A stretch of 63,771 nt of DNA, the filler included, from Collodictyon triciliatum (lineage: Eukaryota): the NCBI GenBank assembly GCA_043381765.1. It is 5 parts of 5 records of this genome, joined end to end, with 100 filler letters (N's around TTAATTAATTAA, not from the genome) between each part and the next. Parts side by side here need not be neighbours in the genome. Positions count along the whole stretch, not along the records: positions 56,402 to 61,570 come from JBHJMP010000490.1; positions 61,671 to 63,771 come from JBHJMP010000600.1; 3 more parts are not named here. The stretch is one strand, 5' to 3'. Shown piece by piece: positions 60,979 to 63,771 of this stretch (positions are counted from its first letter, which is position 1; every line of letters starts with the position of its first letter). A program made the position numbers and the translations under genes. The notes below the pieces were generated by a model. The model had not been told where the DNA came from and searched no databases. It saw only the letters and a program-made list of their open reading frames with translations.

Positions 60979-61570
60979 CCAGGGCTTTGCTATATGCGTG
61001 TGTATGTGTGGTTCTATGAATATATTTATATCTATCTACAATTATGTTTGTTTGTGTGTTTGTTTGTTTGTGCATAACGATGAGCAAGCTTGGCCATGCT
61101 TTGCGGGAAAGATCGCTACTGCTGTGGTTTTAACCATAATAATGGATGTTTTCTTTCGCCTTTTTTTTTCTTCCTTTTCGTTCGCTGACTTTGCTTCGTG
61201 GGGTGGGGTGAGTCTTATATGCGGTTTAGTGCGAGACCTCGGGTCCCACTCAAAAACAAAAATAATATAAAACAAAAAAAAAAAAAAAAAAACAATAAAA
61301 ATTATAAAAAAAAAAAAGATTTAAAAAAAAAAAAAAAAAATAAAAAAAAAAAAAAAAAAAAAAAAAACAATAATAATCATTCGTGATATCATGGTTTTGA
61401 ATAGACTATCAGACAGCCGGTTCCTGACAACACTGCCAATAAAATCAATAATTACACGACAATATAAGAGAAATAATTAAAAAAAAAAAAAAAAAAAAAA
61501 GGGGGTATTTTTAAATTTTTTTTTTTTTTTTTTGGGGTTGGGGTTTTTTTTTTTTTTTTTTTTTTTTTTT

Positions 61571-61670
61571 NNNNNNNNNNNNNNNNNNNNNNNNNNNNNN
61601 NNNNNNNNNNNNNNTTAATTAATTAANNNNNNNNNNNNNNNNNNNNNNNNNNNNNNNNNNNNNNNNNNNN
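61571..61670. other. Artificial scaffold-joining spacer
   Basis: N44-TTAATTAATTAA-N44. Confidence 0.95.
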
Positions 61671-61870
61671 GTTTTTATGTTTTTATGTTTTTATGTTTTT
61701 ATGTTTTTATCTTTTTATGTTTTTATGTTTTTATCTTTTTATGTTTTTATCTTTTTATGTTTTTATGTTTTTATGTTTTTATGTTTTTATGTTTTTATGT
61801 TTTTATGTTTTTATGTTTTTATGTTTTTATGTTTTTATGTTTTTATGTTTTTATGTTTTTATGTTTTTAT
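61671..61870. repeat. (TTTTTATG)n microsatellite
   Basis: Read directly from the sequence. Confidence 0.9.
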
Positions 61871-62098
61871 GATGTTTTTTTATTGCAGCAGAACTCGAAG
61901 AACAATCCAAGAACACTGGATCTAGAATAGCGCCTTTGCTGGCCCCCATCGCTGATAACGCCGAGCACTAAAGCACACTATTGAGATTCGCTCCAACGCT
62001 CGGCCTCTTAATCAAAGGCAGATCACTAGAATCCAGCGCAAAAAGACAAGCAAGAAAAGACAAAAAGCACAGACCAGCAACGGGCTCACGCGAGGAAA

Positions 62099-63559
62099 AT
62101 GATCGAAGTAGGATGGATCATATACGCAATTGTTGCTATCGTAAGTGCCTTTTCTTAACTAATGAAGATCGATTTATACCGCATCCCGCCAGGTTTTGAC
62201 AAGTGGGTGGTCTTTCCTTCTGTATTGTTTACTTTGTTCTTGCATTTATTTTTGTTGCGGTGGCAAAAATGATGTAGGTTGTCGTGTTTGTCTCGTATCA
62301 GTGGGTTTCCGTGTTTTCATACCCACGGGAGTTGGAATGGTTGACCGGGTTTGCGTGTTTCTCCGGAGTAGCGCTAGTATTGCTGTGCACAGGACTCATC
62401 CCAGTAGACATATACTTGTAAATATACTTTTATTTTATTCTGTTTTTATTCTGTTTTTATTCTGTTTTTATTCTGTTTTTATTCTGTTTTTATTCTGTTT
62501 TTATTCTGTTTTTATTCTGTTTTTATTCTGTTTTTATTCTGTTTNNNNNNNNNNNNNNNNNNNNNNNNNNNNNNNNNNNNNNNNNNNNNNNNNNNNNNNN
62601 NNNNNNNNNNNNNNNNNNNNNNNNNNNNNNNNNNNNNNNNNNNNTCTGTTTTATTCTGTTTTATTCTGTTTTATTCTGTTTTATTCTGTTTTATTCTGTT
62701 TTATTCTGTTTTATTCTGTTTTATTCTGTTTTATTCTGTTTTATTTTATTTTATTTTATTTTATTTTTATAAATATATACTTAACTCTCGTAGGGTCTCT
62801 ATACTTCACAATAATTCCGGAGAAATAGTCTTCAGTCTGGATGAGATCAATCAGATTCAATTTGCAGTTAGAGTTGTATACTATGGTATGATGATATCAA
62901 ACATCCAATTTTAATGTGTGTTATATCATGTGTGTATTATAAGATTTACAATATCAGCTTATATAGACCGTTTTTGAAGGGAATTCATCTAGCCTAAAAT
63001 TATAATATCATAGTCATATACAGCTGTATATTGTTTGTCGCTTTTTTTCTTCTGCCACTGGCTTACTTCTACCACGAAGAGGAAGACATTGGAGTTTCCA
63101 ATGCAGATAGACTGAAATCTGCTCTGAAGTACACACTGCTTCTATTGGTAAAGTTGAGCCTTATCTTCACTCTTTTCTTTTCTCATTTTGTGGAATCGGT
63201 CATTCGGACACTCATTAATTAGCTGGAGTTTATTCTGAAATACTACTCGAAACCGAATTTGACACATTCGCCGACGACTAGATGATTTTAGTTGTCTTGC
63301 TAGTTCTTGGTGTCGTTATTCAAATCAAGCAAAATCCACCGACAAGTGAGCATTCCTGGATGAAAGACATTTTCAAATCAGAAAAAGGTGCCCTTTTTGA
63401 CGTATATTTAAGCAACATACTCGTTTTGCGGCACCACATCTTATTTCGATAAAGTAATACCCCATTAAGAAGGCTTAAATTTTAGTGGTTGATGGGGCGT
63501 TAAACTTTTCGATTGCTGTTTTTGCTGCTTTGGGATTTCTCTGCTTCATATCATACACA
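62099..63559 (+). CDS. LMBRD1: LMBR1-domain protein, LMBRD1-like (lysosomal cobalamin export escort); 3' partial
   Basis: MIEVGWIIYAIVAI..., LIPVDI, FFLLPLAYFYHEEEDIGVSNADRLKSALKYT and ALNFSIAVFAALGFLCFISYT match LMBRD1-type motifs (PFVYFYYEE...ALKYT). Confidence 0.85.
62432..62765. repeat. (TTTTTATTCTG)n / (TTTTATTCTG)n intronic repeat around a gap
   Basis: Read directly from the sequence. Confidence 0.9.
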
Positions 63560-63675
63560 GTAATGAGATACTCAAATATGTACTGTTTGTCTATTTATTC
63601 AACATCAATGGAATTTGATTAATTTTCAACCTTGATTGTGTCTATCATGATGATTACTGCGCAAGCACGTTGTAT

Positions 63676-63771
63676 TGTGTTGTGTTGTGTTGTGTTGTGT
63701 TGTGTTGTGTTGTGTTGTGTTGTGTTGTGTTGTGTTGTGTTGTGTTGTGTTGTGTTGTGTTGTGTTGTGTT
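63676..63771. repeat. (TGTGT)n microsatellite at the window end
   Basis: Read directly from the sequence. Confidence 0.95.

Overview
Eukaryotic (protist or early-branching opisthokont/amoebozoan-like), AT-rich, intron-dense genomic DNA read in the standard genetic code. The window is not one locus: four artificial N44-TTAATTAATTAA-N44 spacers (13873-13972, 44859-44958, 56302-56401, 61571-61670) join five separate scaffolds. Manual splicing gives: a coiled-coil orphan gene; a degenerate ORF relic, possibly from a mobile element; SCOT/OXCT1 (3' part missing); a SANT-like + WD40 DCAF-type gene resembling fungal Raf1/Dos1/DIM-9; a SAM methyltransferase; a ~23 kb BLTP1/Csf1/KIAA1109 gene; a Nudix hydrolase; an unusual SQ-cluster + chromodomain + WWE-like gene; an AlkA-type glycosylase; a short talin with one giant GC-rich exon; SHPRH (partial); and LMBRD1 (partial). 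Introns hold many long perfect microsatellites of different units. The most novel candidate is the chromo-WWE gene lying tail-to-tail with the Nudix gene. All family calls come from motifs recognised by eye; no searches were run.
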